DNA from: Blepharisma stoltei ATCC 30299
Taxonomy: Eukaryota > Protista > Ciliophora
Direction: 5' to 3'
Length of the DNA: 64,000 nt
Assembly: GCA_965603825.1 (NCBI GenBank)
Contig: CBFDEM010000024.1
Coordinates: forward strand, 585,525-649,524
Position numbers and translations under genes: made by a program. Position 1 is the first letter of the stretch. The number at the start of each line of letters is the position of its first letter. The notes beneath the pieces were generated by a model. The model was not told the origin of the DNA and searched no databases. It saw nothing but the letters and a program-made list of their open reading frames with translations. Positions 22,731-36,816 of the stretch are shown here, one piece after another.

Positions 22731-25700
22731 ATGGTTTCAAGGCATGAAGAACTCATGAAAGCTCTTGGAGACGATGATTTCGATCCAAACTTACTTTCAG
22801 ACCCTAACTACGTTGACACCATCCTAAAAGGTGACGAAGAAATCGCAAAAATCCTTAAAAAAAATGAAATGACATCTCAGTCACCAAAAACTTCATATTC
22901 CCATAGGTTCACACAAGATCGACCGGAAGACCCATCCTCGAATAAAGAAAAGCTAGAGTCGCTACTGCAGGGTGATCGGTCTACTCAACAAGTGCCTATT
23001 GAGACTGTTGACCCATTAGATTTGATACATAAAAAGGAGCTAGAAGATGCATCAAAAACAGAAAAAATCTTGACTAATTCTTTAGATGTAAAGAGGCAAT
23101 ATACAGCAAGCAAGCTCCCTGTCATAAAATTCGAAGAGCTCACCCTAGTCTCCAAAAAAATTGCCCCGACTGCAGGCTACAGTACAGGTCTCCCAACCGC
23201 CTTAACAGCTTCAAAACATTTAATAGTAGTCGGTAACACCCATGGAATAATGATGTCTTTTTCCCACGACGGCCAAGAGCTAAAATCAATGCGCCCAGGC
23301 AAAGAAAACTTCGGCGCCGTGACCTGCATCGACATCACAGAAGATGAACAATACGCTATCGCTGGCTACCACCTCGGCCAAGTCGCTTTATGGGACTTAC
23401 GCTCTGGAAACTGCATAAAAGCCTCCAACAACTTCCACAAATCCCCAATTTTATCAATAAAATTTTGAAAAAAAGTAAAAACATATGCAATTTCAGCTGA
23501 TGCCACAGGAAAAGTCAACCTTTTAGAGTACGGGAAATCGTTCCTATCGACAAAAGTAAACGCCCATACACTATTTACTAATGAAATAGGGGTTTGTGTG
23601 ACCATAGAAGTGCTTTATTCTGATCCTTACTTGCCTCACCCATGTGACCAAGCTACAATTATTGCTATAGGCAGCATGAATTTTGTAGTAATTTATTCTA
23701 TTGAGCCTGAGCTGAATTGTATTTTTAGGATGGCAAGACCTGATAATGTAGTCCTAGGTGCTGTGCCTTGTGTAAGCTGAAAAGTAGCAATAGGTCCTGA
23801 CGATGAACAGCCAACTGACCCAATTTTGGCAATTGCATGGGGACAAAAAATTGTCCTTTACAAATTAAGGCTCCCTACAAAAGAAGGGATCCAAATTTCA
23901 GGGTTTTTAGATATGGACACAGAAATAAAAAGCCTTATTTGGCTGAGCCATGATATGCTATTTGTGATGGGAAATTCTAGAGAAATAAGAATTGCTAACA
24001 CCAAAGGGTTTTCTAGGAGGGAAAAAGAACCGAGTAGAAATGCGATACTAGAAGATACATATGTGAATAGAGATTTAGCAATCCAGGCTTATATAAGAGA
24101 CGAGAGTGGCAAAGAAAGATATACGTTCCATAACTCAGTTAAGGCATTTGAAAGGGTTGTTTTTATATTGGGAAACAGACAGTTCCATAAAGGGAGACTT
24201 TTAAATTGGAAAGAATGCATAGAAACGCTGACCTCGAAAGGGGAATGGCTTGATGTGCTATCTCTAGGGCTGGATGTGTATCAAGGGAAAGGAAAAAAAT
24301 TGTATGGAGTTCCAAGTAATAAAAATGAGTTGAGGAAATCATTGGAAAAAGTTATAACAGACTATGTGAAGCTAGGAACTGTATCTTGGGAATTCAAAAT
24401 TTCTAATTCAATAGAATTCTGCATTGGAATTGAAGCATTTGAATTACTTTTTAACCAATTATTCGACTTTTTTGTAGGCCAAGGGACACAGCAAGAAAAC
24501 CAAAGGTTCTTTATGGACACTCTAGAGCCATTTATCTTGAATCATTATATAAAATCTATACCTATCAGCGTATTAGGTAAAATCATTGCGTATTACATAA
24601 ACATGCAAAAGCCTGACACTGTAGAAAAAATTTTATTAAACCTAGACCCCACAACTATTGATCCCCGCCAAGTAATTCCAGTCTGTGAAGAATACAACTT
24701 ATTAACAGCCTACATATTCATCAACACAAATTCCACTCTACAATCCTTCGTCAACCCCTTAAAAAAAATCTATAAAACCTTAACCAAACAGGAAGACCCC
24801 AAATCCAAAAGATATTTTGCTTATAAATTAATATGGTATTTACGACTTTGTCTTAAAGGAGAAACTTTTCCATCAGGAAAAATCCTTAATGATATATGGG
24901 GAAAAGTTATTATTGGAGTAATCGGCTGACTATTAAAAAGAAAACATTTACAAACTTTAATAGACATCGACGCCCCGACCACACTAAATGTCTTATGGAT
25001 GGCTTTTTCTGAAAAATTCCCGTCAAATTTACTATCACAAAAACGTGATAATAATATTACTCATAGAGAAATCCTGGATAGGCTTGAACAGGTCTGTCTC
25101 CCGAATTCCCCAACTTTTCAGCATTTTACACTTTTTATAGCAAAAGCTGCATCTATCAATCAATCAATTATTTCTAAACAAATTTGTGTAAAAACAGCGA
25201 AATACCTAATGCAGCCTTTACAAGCCCGCAGACCACAGGCAGCAATTCCTATGACATCTTCAATTGATAATTATTTGACTGTGACTTCGTTAAATGAAGG
25301 CAGCGAGTTTCAGCTCAACACTGAGTACACAATTGAAGAAAAAGGATCTTTGATCTTAAAAATGCTGAAAACATGCGGAGAACTTACTAGTGACGAAATT
25401 GATGACCTGTTTAGGGTCGCTGTGAATTCGCCTTATATAGAAGTGCTTGTATATTTGCAAGAGCTTAAAAAAGAATACGCAAATTGTTTAAGCGCATTTA
25501 TCCATTCAGAAAAAATTGAAATAAAGAGAAAAGTGTTTGATTGGCTCGCTGATGCTTTTGCAAAGCTAAATGAAAGTGAGCTAGAAGTTCTGAAAACAAG
25601 AGTTATGGACTGGCTTAATATTTTGGTCGAAATTGATAGTGATAGGACTGCAAAAATTGTAAGAGATTGGTTTAGTAATGAACAGCAAAATATTATACAT

Positions 25701-26675
25701 AAACTTGATAGTGCTCCACAGCTGCAGATGAAATATCTAGGAGAGCTAGTTAAAGGGTCTGCAAAGGATACCTTGGACCATAATTTAATTATTCAGTACA
25801 TCAGATTGTTATGTGAGTTGCAGCCTGATCAAGTTTTAGAATTTCTAATGGTAAGAGAAGACTATTCACTGGACGACGCCCTTGATATTTGTATGAACTA
25901 CAAGGTAGCAGACGCAGCTGCATTTTTACACGAAAGATTAGGCTCAGTTCGAGACGCCCTCGACATCATGCTTGAACTAGTCCACAAAAAGCAGACAAGT
26001 TTGCTTAATAAAATTAGCAGCAAAGACCATGTATCTGATACATCAATTCAAGAACTTAATAAAGACTTTGATGAAGCTATAAAGCTTTGTATGAGAAGCT
26101 CAAAAAGAGAAGACGCTGTAGATATGGAAGAGCATTGGTTCAGTCTCCTAAACAAAGCCTTGGTCTCTTATAAGCAATTTTTACCTTACTTTAAAAACCA
26201 TCAAAAACTAGAAATTATGGTGCAGTCAAGCATCAAAGAAATTTTAGATAATATGATGGACATAGTAGATTTTGATAAAATTATCGCCCACATCGTCACA
26301 AACTTCGGGGATATTCCATTCAGATACTTCAAGGAAAACATTGTAGGGGTCTTATCAAGATATTCATACCAAAAAAACATTGTAAGAAAAGCTACAAATT
26401 TGCTTAATAATGATATAAGAAATATGACTCAAGAGCTATTGCTATTAAGAAGCAAAGGAGTTTGCAGTAAAGATTTTACATGCTCATACTGTGGCTTGAC
26501 TATTCAGTCTGAAGACCTATTAAAAGGCCACGATGAAAAACTCCTTCTATTTATCTGCGGGCACACCTATCATGGCCGGTGCTCCAAAAGAAGAGAATGT
26601 GAAGCTTGCCGCAAAGAAGAAAACCGAAAAGGAAAATTCATGAGTGCCACAGCTGCCCAGTCAAGAAATAAATAA
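22731..26675 (+). CDS. VPS8: CORVET subunit Vps8 (WD40 + helical repeats + C-terminal RING-like), ~1314 aa
   Basis: Four track ORFs share one frame, joined at TGA 23466, 23778, 24927. GLPTALTAS..IVVGNTHG, AIAWG, FMDTLEPFIL, CSYC...FICGHTYHGRC..CEAC. Confidence 0.88.
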
Positions 26676-26722
26676 TAATCCCTTTGCAATATGGTAAAAT
26701 TCTTAAATTAAAAAATTTATAA

Positions 26723-27631
26723 ATGAAGAAAAATGGGCTTGATCGGCCGTATCACCCTTTGCAGGTTTTATCATGAATTGGCATGACTTTTTCCTCAGTT
26801 CTTTTTTACACTGTATATTTGCCTTATCTCCCTAGTGACTCATTAATAATCATCATTATCCTATACACTTTTACACTAATTGGAACTCTTTATAGTGGAA
26901 TTCGCTGTACCATTAGCAACCCTACAGATCCATATGTCCAGAAAAGCAAGTCTGGGGAATGGGTTCAGCCTTCAAGTCAAAGATGCTCACTATGCAATGC
27001 ATATACAATGATAAAAAGCAAGCATTGTGCAAGGTGCTGCCGTTGTGTAAACGGCTTCGACCATCATTGCAAGTGGCTTAATAATTGTATTGGCAGCAAA
27101 AATTATAAGTGATTTTTTAATTTAATTGCCTTTTGCACGATGATGTCACTTACACAGGCAGGCTCTGGAGTATATATATTTATTGATGTTTTAACGAGTG
27201 GAGATACAGGAAAAATGATTAAAAATAGATACAATGCGGATGATATTGGAAAATATAGCTTAATTGGACTAATTTTTGTGGCTTCTTTATTATGTCTCCT
27301 CGTGAGCATATTTTTGGCACACCTTTTTATTTTTCATGTTTATTTGCATTATTTAGGGCTTACCACTTATGATTATATTTTGATGAAAAAAGAAAAAACC
27401 GCAGGAAAAGTGCAAGTGAATAGCGTTAATATGACAATGGATACTTCATTTGGAGAAGAACACCAGAGAAAAGTTGTCGTTATGGAGGAATCTCCTATAA
27501 TAAAACGCATAATGCAAAGCAAAGCAAAAAAAGCAAGAATTACACCCTTCAAGCATCTTGATATCAAATGTGTTACCCACCGAATTATAGATTTCAAAGA
27601 ACAGGATGTGGATTCTTTTAGATCTGTGTAA
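26723..27631 (+). CDS. DHHC palmitoyltransferase (~302 aa)
   Basis: [18 protein letters not shown](TGA); [31 protein letters not shown](TGA)F; LTTYDYI. Confidence 0.93.
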
Positions 27632-27664
27632 TATTGTAACTAATTTAGAAAAATTTCAAATAAA

Positions 27665-28222
27665 ATGGAAAATCGTTTTCTTCTGAGATACCCTGAAAAA
27701 GAGCAGTTCAACCAGTACTGGTATTCAGACAGAACCTTAAAAGCACTTGTTGACGAAGCTGACGAGCTATTTTCACAAGGATTTACAAGGATTGCATGCT
27801 TGTCGACTCCTTCACTATACTTTTCAATGACAGAAAAATCAAGAGAGAATTCTTATCTGTTTGACATTGACCGGGCATTTCAAAGAGATAAAGGATTTGT
27901 TTATTATGATTTCAATTTCCCCGAAAATCTTGGCCCAGCTTTGGAAAAGACCTTTGATGCTATCGTTGTAGATCCTCCTTTTATTACTCGGGATGTATGG
28001 GAGAAGTATGCAAGAGCTGTCAAATTTTTACTTAAGGATGGAGGAAGAATTATTGTAAGCTCTATTGATGAAAATGCTCAGATGCTAAACGAATTGTTAA
28101 ACATAGAAAAACAAGTTTTTCAGCCCTCAATTCCACATTTGGTTTACCAGTATTCATTTTTCACTAATTACAACTCGCCAAGATTTCAAGAAAAAAATCC
28201 TGAAATTCCAGATGATTATTAG
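27665..28222 (+). CDS. EEF1AKMT1: EEF1A lysine methyltransferase 1 (N6AMT2/Efm5-like)
   Basis: QYWYSDRT, RIACLSTPSLY, FVYYDFN, VVDPPF. Confidence 0.85.
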   Translation: MENRFLLRYPEKEQFNQYWYSDRTLKALVDEADELFSQGFTRIACLSTPSLYFSMTEKSRENSYLFDIDRAFQRDKGFVYYDFNFPENLGPALEKTFDAIVVDPPFITRDVWEKYARAVKFLLKDGGRIIVSSIDENAQMLNELLNIEKQVFQPSIPHLVYQYSFFTNYNSPRFQEKNPEIPDDY

Positions 28223-28232
28223 ATAAAAATAG

Positions 28233-28856
28233 TTATAAATAAAGACTTATAAAACTCTTTCTTACATCCTTCACGAATCTCGCAAAATCATTTGTTTGGT
28301 TCAAGTTGTGGAGAAGAGGATAGATTTGAGGCAAATTAGGGGTACATTTTACTATTTCATAAGCATTAGTTGAGTCACTGATATGGAGTGTCACACTATG
28401 CTCGACTTCGTCGAGCTCTCTCTTGATGAATTCATAAGAAATTCTCAAACTAGAGTTAGGAAGCCGCTTTAACGAGAGCCCAAATCTGAATTGATAATAA
28501 TTCAAAGCTTTTCCTAATTCTTTAGTAATATGTTCCGCTTCCTTTATTTTTTGTCTCAAATTATTCTTCGTCTGTGCTTTATTTTCTTGCCCAGATGAAT
28601 CAGTGGAATTTACTGGGAATTCTTTTTCCATATCTTTGATTTGCCCTTTAAGGAAGCTTATTGCTGCTTCTTCGCCTTCTATATTAGCTTTAAGCCTTTC
28701 TAGCTGGTTTGTTAAAGAATCAATATCAGCTTCATATGCGGCTAAGCGGTTTTCGTTATAGAGAAGCACACTTTCTCTATAAATTTGAAGGACTGTTTCG
28801 ACTTCTGGAAGTATTGATTCCCGAAGTCTTTGGGAGGCTCCTGACACCGTTTCCAT
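28233..28856 (-). CDS. SPC25: Kinetochore Ndc80-complex subunit Spc25-like
   Basis: N-terminal coiled coil, then FGLSL...YEIVKCTPNL...LNQTNDFARFVKDVRKSF, typical of the Spc25 RWD domain. Confidence 0.75.
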   Translation of the reverse strand: METVSGASQRLRESILPEVETVLQIYRESVLLYNENRLAAYEADIDSLTNQLERLKANIEGEEAAISFLKGQIKDMEKEFPVNSTDSSGQENKAQTKNNLRQKIKEAEHITKELGKALNYYQFRFGLSLKRLPNSSLRISYEFIKRELDEVEHSVTLHISDSTNAYEIVKCTPNLPQIYPLLHNLNQTNDFARFVKDVRKSFISLYL

Positions 28857-28964
28857 TTGAATTTGAATTATGAAAATTTCATCATTTTTCTTATAATTTT
28901 AAGTTGAGATATTTTATAAAAAATAAAAGCGCTTATATATTAATAATAAATTTTATATAAACAA

Positions 28965-30776
28965 TTAGGTTTTCAAAGGGCTGTCTATGGCCGCTGCTGA
29001 TTTTATCATTCCAATAACATCTTCTTGGCTTGGCATATAATTTATCTTTACACGGGTTCCGTACCTTGAAGAAGTTCTAGAATGCTGTGCAGTATTTTTT
29101 CCTGAAGTTTTTTCAATAATTTTCTCTTCTACAGCTGTAGGTTCTCTCATAGTCTCAATATAATTTTTCATCGCATTTTGCAGATATATAGAAATTAATG
29201 ATTTTTTTGATTCTTGTGGAATATTAATGAGTTTGTTTATAATAGTTTTCGATTTTTTAGTTTTTCGCTTACGATTCATTACTTTCTTTACGATATTGTC
29301 TATTGTTTTGTTTCACAGATGATTTATTTTATTTAATCTTTTATTTTTGGTTTTCTGATAAGTTTTTCAAGAGCTTTGTATAAATAAAATTTTTGAAAGA
29401 AAATTAATAAAATAGGCTGGAAGCTTAAAATTGATGGAACTGTGGTAATTCGCTATTAAAATTTGCCGCTTTACTTTAGCAAGCAGAAAAGTTCTGGCAT
29501 GGGCTCCATAAAATAATAGAGCATTTCGAGCTCTTCTCATATTGAGGTCTTGAACTGGGACTTGCTTAATGTATTTTTTCCAAGCATTTTGAAAAGTAAT
29601 GACGGCAAATAATGATTTTAAATTAGTTTTTGCTATTGATTTCCTTTTTTCTAGTTTTTCTTTGAAAATAATAATAGATTTACAGAAATGCATCAAGCTT
29701 AGTCATCTCTTGCCAAATTCATGCTTTACATGGTGAATTTTATATACTTTTTCAACCTGATTATATAATGTTTTCCTTATTTCGCTCTTTTTTATCAAAA
29801 TTTCCCCTCGAATTTTTCGTTCAGCTAAAATTTCATGGTGTCTGGAAACCACATTTCTCCGTCGGCTTTCTGAAATGTCCCTTCTTTCTGTTACAAAATC
29901 GTTTAGCCTTTGGCAAGACTGTGCTCTTTGTATATTTCGTTTTACAAAATTAATAGAATGCATAGCACTTTCTTGTTTTTTGAATTTCCTATCAAGAGAA
30001 TCTTCTTCTAAATATACAGGAGTTTGCTTATTAGTTTGGTTTAAATATTCTTCCTCTTTATCTCTTCTTTTAAATAATTCGCAGGCGTCTTTAGAAATTA
30101 TTCTTCCGAAATTGATACCAATTATAAAGCTGCAAGTCTCGCTTGATGTAATATTCAAGCAAATTCTTTGTGTAGCGAAATTTAATTCACGCAATCCAGA
30201 ATCGCTAATCTCAAACTCATCCCGTGTATAAACTGCATCATGCTGGTCAGAGTCAGGAAATTGCACTTTTCTTGAAATGTAAGTTGTTAGCATTTTCTTC
30301 CCAATTTTTCGTTCAATTTTGATTTTCAGCGGGATTGGCTTATTTTCTGAAAATATCGTAAAAAGTTGGGATTCACCTTCTTCTAGGTGAATATAATTTA
30401 GTCGTCCTTCTTCTAAGATAACCCTTCTTTGTCCGTAATTTGCATTGTTTATGATTTTGTCTAGCTCTTTTATGATTTTATTGAACTCAAGAGGCTTAAG
30501 GGATATGGTGCCGGGGTCTTTTATTGTTTTTAAGCTCATCCTGCTGATGCTTTCACTTTTCCTTAATGCTTTTCGGTTTTCTCTTTCAGAAATGCTTGCC
30601 GAATCATCATTTAATTTTTCAAGAATTGAATTATCGAATTTTACATTTGATAAGGTCCTTCTTGTAACTGGAATGGGCTTTATGATTTCTTTTTCTGTAA
30701 TAAACGTGCTAAAAGTATCTGATTTGTGATGGAACCAGGGACTGCTGGAATACATAACATGTGAATATTTATTCAT
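28965..30776 (-). CDS. Uncharacterised basic protein (~603 aa), IQ-like helices near the C-terminus
   Basis: Three track ORFs in one frame joined through TGA codons; VITFQNAWKKY and ILFIQSSW IQ-like segments. Confidence 0.7.
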
Positions 30777-31331
30777 AAAATTTCATAATTAAATATTTTA
30801 TGTTAACCTTATTCGAAGCTGCTACTTAGATATATATATTTTTTATTAAAACAATTTAAAATGAAAAATTTGGTTCAAACTTTATAGTCTGAAATTTTTC
30901 TTTCTTTTAAAAACAAGATAGATACCTTACAAATGTTTTAATTAATATTATAATTGTAAACATTAAGAATAGTAAGCATGATAAAATATCTTTGGCTAAC
31001 TTTAAATTGAAATAATATAATAGAAGAAAGTTTAGTTTTTTATTAACTGCTATTTCTCGCACTATCTATCAATTTTAAGATGAATAAAGTAAGATATCAT
31101 TGCTAAAAATCATGAATAGAAGCCATTTCCTTTAATTTATAATTTATTTGGAATTTAGATAGCCGTTTTCAGATACTTTCTAACACTTTTCCAGTCAGCA
31201 GACACTGTACACTTATAAGATATAAAAGAATAGTCAGCTAATATAATGTATCAATGTTTGTAAATAAGTAAAACAGTAGCTAATAAGTGCTAAAAATAAT
31301 TCATTGGTCTTTCATTATATATTTATTTTAG

Positions 31332-34300
31332 ATGAAGGCAGTATTTGCTTACGACAAGGCTAATATATTTCAAGACCTTTTTATGTCCTGGGCTTACCAG
31401 CCACTTCAATTCTGAACTAAAAACAAGCCAAATCCTTCAAATGTTGTTGAAATCCCTGAAAGGATCAAGTTTGAATCGTCAGCAGAAAGGCTTGAAAAAG
31501 AATGGGAAAAAGAATCCAAAAATAAAAACCCAAGCTTTTATAGAGCTTTATGGCAAGCAGTAGGCTGGGATTATACAAAATATTCACTAGTAGGGATAAT
31601 TGGCTTTAATTTGGGACTGATCCAAGCAATTATACTTATTTACATCGTAGATTATATCCACGATGATAACGCAGATATAGTAGATGGACTTATCCTTGCA
31701 GCAATTTTTACGATTGTGACGCTGCTATGCTTTTATATATTCCATTGGGGTCATTTTTCTGTCCGCATGCTAATCTCCAGAATAAAAGCAATAGTTCCTT
31801 ATGTGATTTATAAAAAAGTGCTGAAAACTTCTTTTTGGGAGATTTCAAAAGGAGACTATAAAGGGATGATCCCAAATTTAATAGCAGCTGAGCTAGAATT
31901 TCTGCATGGCCTAGTCCCTACAATGATGATTTTAGCAGCTCCAACCTTCTGCATTGGTTCCTTTGTGATCATTGGACTCTTAATAGGATGGGAAGGCATG
32001 CTAGGCTTGGTCATTGTGATTCTTCATTTTCCTATTATTTTACTATACTCAGACGCAGCTGGGAAATACAGGGCAAAAGTTACAGCCCATACAGATAGAA
32101 GGCTAAAAATGATCACAAATTTAATAGAAGGAATCAGAGTGGTCAAGCTTTATGGGATGGAAGACCAATATTTAGAGCTTATAAAGAAAGAGCGCAGAGA
32201 GGAAATTAAGGAAAAGTTCAATATTTATAGCGTTTATGCTGTAAATACCACAATTGGGTTCGCTGGTATCGCTTTGGTGTTTTTGGTCACTTTTTCGCTT
32301 TATGTACATTTTGGGAATACGCTGGAAGCTGACACACTATTTTGTGTCGTCACTTTGCTTATATTAAATTACAATTTATCATGCAAAATGAGCGTTTTAG
32401 CATTTTACACCTTAATAATGATCAAAATGACTATGGAAAGAGCCACAAAAGTACTATTATTGACTGACAAGACTTATTTCCCTAATCTTGATAGCAGTAA
32501 AGAGCTTGCGGTTTCAGTCAAAAATGCAACTTTTGCTTACTCAGACAAAATCCCAGAAGACGACTTATCAGAGCCTACCGATAATTTGCTGAAAAAAGAG
32601 AAAACACAAGTAACAGCTATAAATGACTTGAATTTTGAATTAAAACCTGGAGAATTAATGATTGTTATTGGTTCTGTTGGGAGCGGAAAAAGCAGCTTAT
32701 TACTAGGTCTACTCCAAGAAATATATATCCTTAAAGGAAGTGTTAATTATAGCGGAAAATTCGCATACACCGGCCAAAGTCCTTGGATTATATCAGGCAC
32801 AATAAAAGAAAACGTCATCATGGACAACCCTTTCAACGAAGAATTTTATAATGCCGTCCTCAAGGCTTGTGGACTAGAAATGGATTTAGCCCAACTCTCC
32901 TCAGGCGATGAAACTCTTATAGGCGACAATGGTGCTACCTTAAGTGGAGGCCAAAAAGCCAGAATCAGCTTAGCCAGGGCTGTATACTCCAACAAAGATA
33001 TTATCCTTCTTGATGACCCCCTCAGTGCTGTTGATGCCAAAGTATCCTCCCACATTTTCACACAGTGTATTAAAGACTTCCTCAAAGGCAAAACCGTCAT
33101 TTTGGTCACCCATCAAGTCCACACCATTTCTCAAGCTGACAAAATCCTGGTCCTCTACCAAGGCAAGCAGCTGTTTTTCGGGACAAATGAAGAACTTAAT
33201 GACAGAGATGACTTAAAGCTAATCCTAAAAGAGCTAGGAAAGCTCCAAGAAATAGAGCCGGACAAAGAGCTTGTAGAAGCCAAAGTAATAAAGCACGTGG
33301 ACAAAGGAGAAAAAGCTGTGAGCTTGCAAGAGGACGAAAAGTCACTGAAAGATATTTCAGCCAAAACTTATTATGAATTTCTAAGATATGGGTATACGAC
33401 CATATGGAGTTTTTCACTTTTGGTGATAGTGCTGCTTTTGACACAGGCAGTTTCCTCAGCCCCAGTTATATGGCTTGTGATATGGACTAATGAATCTGAG
33501 GAAGACCAAGAAGAAATGATAAATATCTGGATTTTTTGCGCAATTGTGCTTATTGTGTATATTTTTACATATATTAGGTATTGGATATTGGTGTATGGGA
33601 TAACGATAGGAGGCGAAAAATTGCACAATAAAGCACTTGAAGGCATTGCTAAGACTGAGTCGGTTTATTTTGATAAAAACCAGTCAGGGAGGATGATGAA
33701 TAGGTTTTCGAAAGACACGTTTTTGATGGATGAGTGCTTTCCGTTTTTCTTTTATGAATTTTTGTTTGGGCTAATTGAGTTTGTAGCAGTGCTGATTATT
33801 ATTAGCATTTTTATCCTACCGAATATAGCTGTGGTGCTGCTGTATGCTATATATGTGTATTGACTGTCAAGACTAATTGTTCCTATCACTAAAATCCTTA
33901 GAGAAATTGAGCTAGCGTCAAAAAGTCCAATTTTAACATTATCTTCAGCTACAATAAATGGGATTGCTACTATCAGATCTTTAAATTTGCAAAACAAATT
34001 CACTGCAGATATGAAAGCAGCAATTGAGTACAACCTTAAATGCAATATTAGTGTCGAGCTCGTACTAAGGTTTTATACAATTCATATGGCTCTTGGAGCG
34101 GCTATGATATGCATTCTTAATGGATTTATAGTAGTCACTTACAAAGATTATATAGATGAAAGCCTAGCCGCTATGTGCATTTGCTTACTTATAAGCTGGG
34201 CTACCTATTGTTTCTGGTCTGAATGTCTAATTGAGTCCAACAATCTGATGGCTTCACCTCAAAGACTTATGGAATATGCTGAACTGCCACCAGAAGGCGA

Positions 34301-35096
34301 ATTCGACAATGATGTTCCTTTTGTAGTCAGCAAAGGAAAAATCGAAATTAAGGATTTATTTATGAAATACCAAGAAAATTTGTCTTATGCGCTGCACGAT
34401 TTAAATATCACTATAAATCCTGGACAAAAAGTAGGCATCGTAGGTAGGACTGGGTCAGGCAAAACTTCTATTATGCAAGTATTGTTTAGGCTCATAAATC
34501 CATCATCTGGTACTATTTATATTGACGACCAAGACTATAGGATGGTTGGACTGCACAAATTGCGCAAGCAGATGTCAGTGATACCTCAGAATCCTATTAT
34601 TTTTATATCAAGTTTCCGAGACAATATCGATCCTTTCCACGAATACTCTGAAGAAGATATCATAAAAGCCTGCAAGCAGGCTAGTTTAGGAGATCTAATC
34701 AATTCTTTACCAAATGGTCTCGAAACAATGTTTACTGGCGATAGCGTCAATTTATCAGAAGGAGAAAAACAGCTAGTCTGCCTCGCAAGAGCTTTTATAA
34801 GGAACAATAAAATTGTCGTCATGGATGAGGCAACGGCCAATGTTGACCAGAAAACAGACAAAATAATCCACGACAAAATAAAAAGCACTTTTATTAGTAG
34901 CACATTGCTAATAATTGCGCATAGACTAAGGACTATCATTGATAGTGATATGATCATTGTGATGGAAGATGGGACTTGTAAAGAAAAGGGGACGCCAAAA
35001 GAGCTTGGAGAGAATCAAGATTCGCTGTTTAGAAGCTTGATTCTGCATACTGGGCCTGAAGAATCACAACATTTGCTTGGAAGCTTAGGGGTTTAA
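31332..35096 (+). CDS. ABCC/MRP-type full ABC transporter (TMD-NBD-TMD-NBD, ~1254 aa)
   Basis: ATG 31332 in frame with both track ORFs through TGA. GSVGSGKS, LSGGQKAR, LLDD; NRFSKD; GRTGSGKT, LSEGEKQL, MDEATANVD, IIAHRL. Confidence 0.93.
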
Positions 35097-35390
35097 ATTT
35101 AAATTAATATTTTTTGCTAGTAATTTTGGAAGTTAATATTGGGGATAATAGAAAGTTAAAAAGGCAATAATAAAGGCTAAGAAATTTCTTAACTAAAATG
35201 CCAGAAATATTTAAAGCGCTTGATTGATGGAAGATTCGAACCATTCTTATCAGATAATAATTTTTATCTAGAATATTTTTTCAAATATTTAGTAAAATTT
35301 GCAGTTGTATAGTAGTATTCAAATTGCAGATTAGCTACATTAGTCGAATAAATCATTATTATAGCTTTAAATAAATTTAATATTATTAAA

Positions 35391-36467
35391 TTAGTAAAAA
35401 AGTACTTTGGTATTTTTATGCACCTCTATCTCACACCCATATGCATTCCCACCAATAAACACTTTTCCTAGCTGAGGCATTTTCACAAATTTTTTCGATA
35501 AATATGCGATTCCTCCCTTCCCTAAATAATTATCAGACAAATTAAGAGAGCCTAAGTTGCTCAGTTTATCCAAGGATTTAGACAAACAGATAGCTCCATT
35601 AACAGTAATCATGTTGGCACTAAGAGATAGCTCATTTAAACATAAAAGACTTGGAAAAGCCTTAATTAAATGAGAAACACCTTCATCTCCTAATGAATTT
35701 GCAGTCAAATACAATGACTTTAAATTTTCAAGAGCGCTTAAAGCAGCTGATAAATGAGCAGCTCCATCTGGACCAATGTTATTTGACCTTAAATTCAATA
35801 ATTCTAGTGTAGTGCAATCTTTAAGCCCTTTAGCTAAATGCAAAACTCCACTTGGTCCAATATTTTTACTATCCAAATTCAAAATTTTTAAATTTGATGT
35901 ATATGATAATAGAAATCCTAAATGTTGACAGTCAAGTGGCTTAGGGTTATTATTTAAGGTCAAATTGTTAAGCTCTCCACGGCTTTCTAAAACTTGTTTA
36001 TATATTTGTCTGACTTCTGAGTTCATAGTCTGCTCAGTCCTTCTGTAGTAATTACTAACAGGCTTTAAATTTTCAGGCAAAGTTACGTCAGCAGAAGACT
36101 GCACAAATCCGACTGTGAGATGCATCAAATTATTTATGTCAAATTTAAAATTCAACACTTCAAGATGGGCTCGGAAAATTGATGATGAAGGCATATGAAT
36201 AGGAAAATTCAAGGCATCTGGGAGCTGGCTGCCAAATTCTATTAGCTTTATAGCCTCTTCAATTAAAAATATTTTAGATTCAACCATACTTGTTGCTGCC
36301 GAATGAAACGAGTCTGCTTGAGCCCTAATTTTAGATATAAGCTCATTTACAGCCTGGTCTATTTGCTGAGGAAGCTCATCATTCATAAAATCATGCAAAC
36401 GTTTGTGCTCTGAGATAAGCAGAGATTGCATGTCAATTACACCTTGAAGACTTGATAAAGATGCCAT
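35391..36467 (-). CDS. RI-like leucine-rich repeat protein
   Basis: 28-residue LRRs (LNLRSNNIGPDGA, LYLTANSLGDEGV, LSLSANMITVNGA, LNLSDNYLGKGG). Confidence 0.88.
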   Translation of the reverse strand: MASLSSLQGVIDMQSLLISEHKRLHDFMNDELPQQIDQAVNELISKIRAQADSFHSAATSMVESKIFLIEEAIKLIEFGSQLPDALNFPIHMPSSSIFRAHLEVLNFKFDINNLMHLTVGFVQSSADVTLPENLKPVSNYYRRTEQTMNSEVRQIYKQVLESRGELNNLTLNNNPKPLDCQHLGFLLSYTSNLKILNLDSKNIGPSGVLHLAKGLKDCTTLELLNLRSNNIGPDGAAHLSAALSALENLKSLYLTANSLGDEGVSHLIKAFPSLLCLNELSLSANMITVNGAICLSKSLDKLSNLGSLNLSDNYLGKGGIAYLSKKFVKMPQLGKVFIGGNAYGCEIEVHKNTKVLFY

Positions 36468-36816
36468 TTAAGAATAAATAATTTATGATATTTGAATTAC
36501 ATAAATATCCTTGTCTTTTCTTTGACAAAATAATCTAGATGCACGAATTAGCAATTACTATTGAAATTTCCCTTTTTTCAATTTTCTTCTTGCTATATGC
36601 AAGGGAATTTGCTATCATTTTTTCAATTATTTACCTTTTGCAAAGTTAATTTTTAGTGAAGCCAGGAGCAAGATAGATTAAGTCAAACTTTTTATAGTAA
36701 TGCAAATCATAAAAGATAAGTAAAACAAAATTTTATCCAGTACAGCCAATAATGCCTTCAATTTCAATTATTAAACTAATTAGAAGAATAAATGATTTCC
36801 TTATAAATCAGAGAAA

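Noticed and set aside
22801-22810. Internal CCCTAAC telomere-like word
   Set aside because: Single partial unit inside coding sequence, expected by chance.
35225-35250. GGTTCGAATC (tRNA T-loop / B-box) on the minus strand
   Set aside because: No T-stem pairing or cloverleaf around it.
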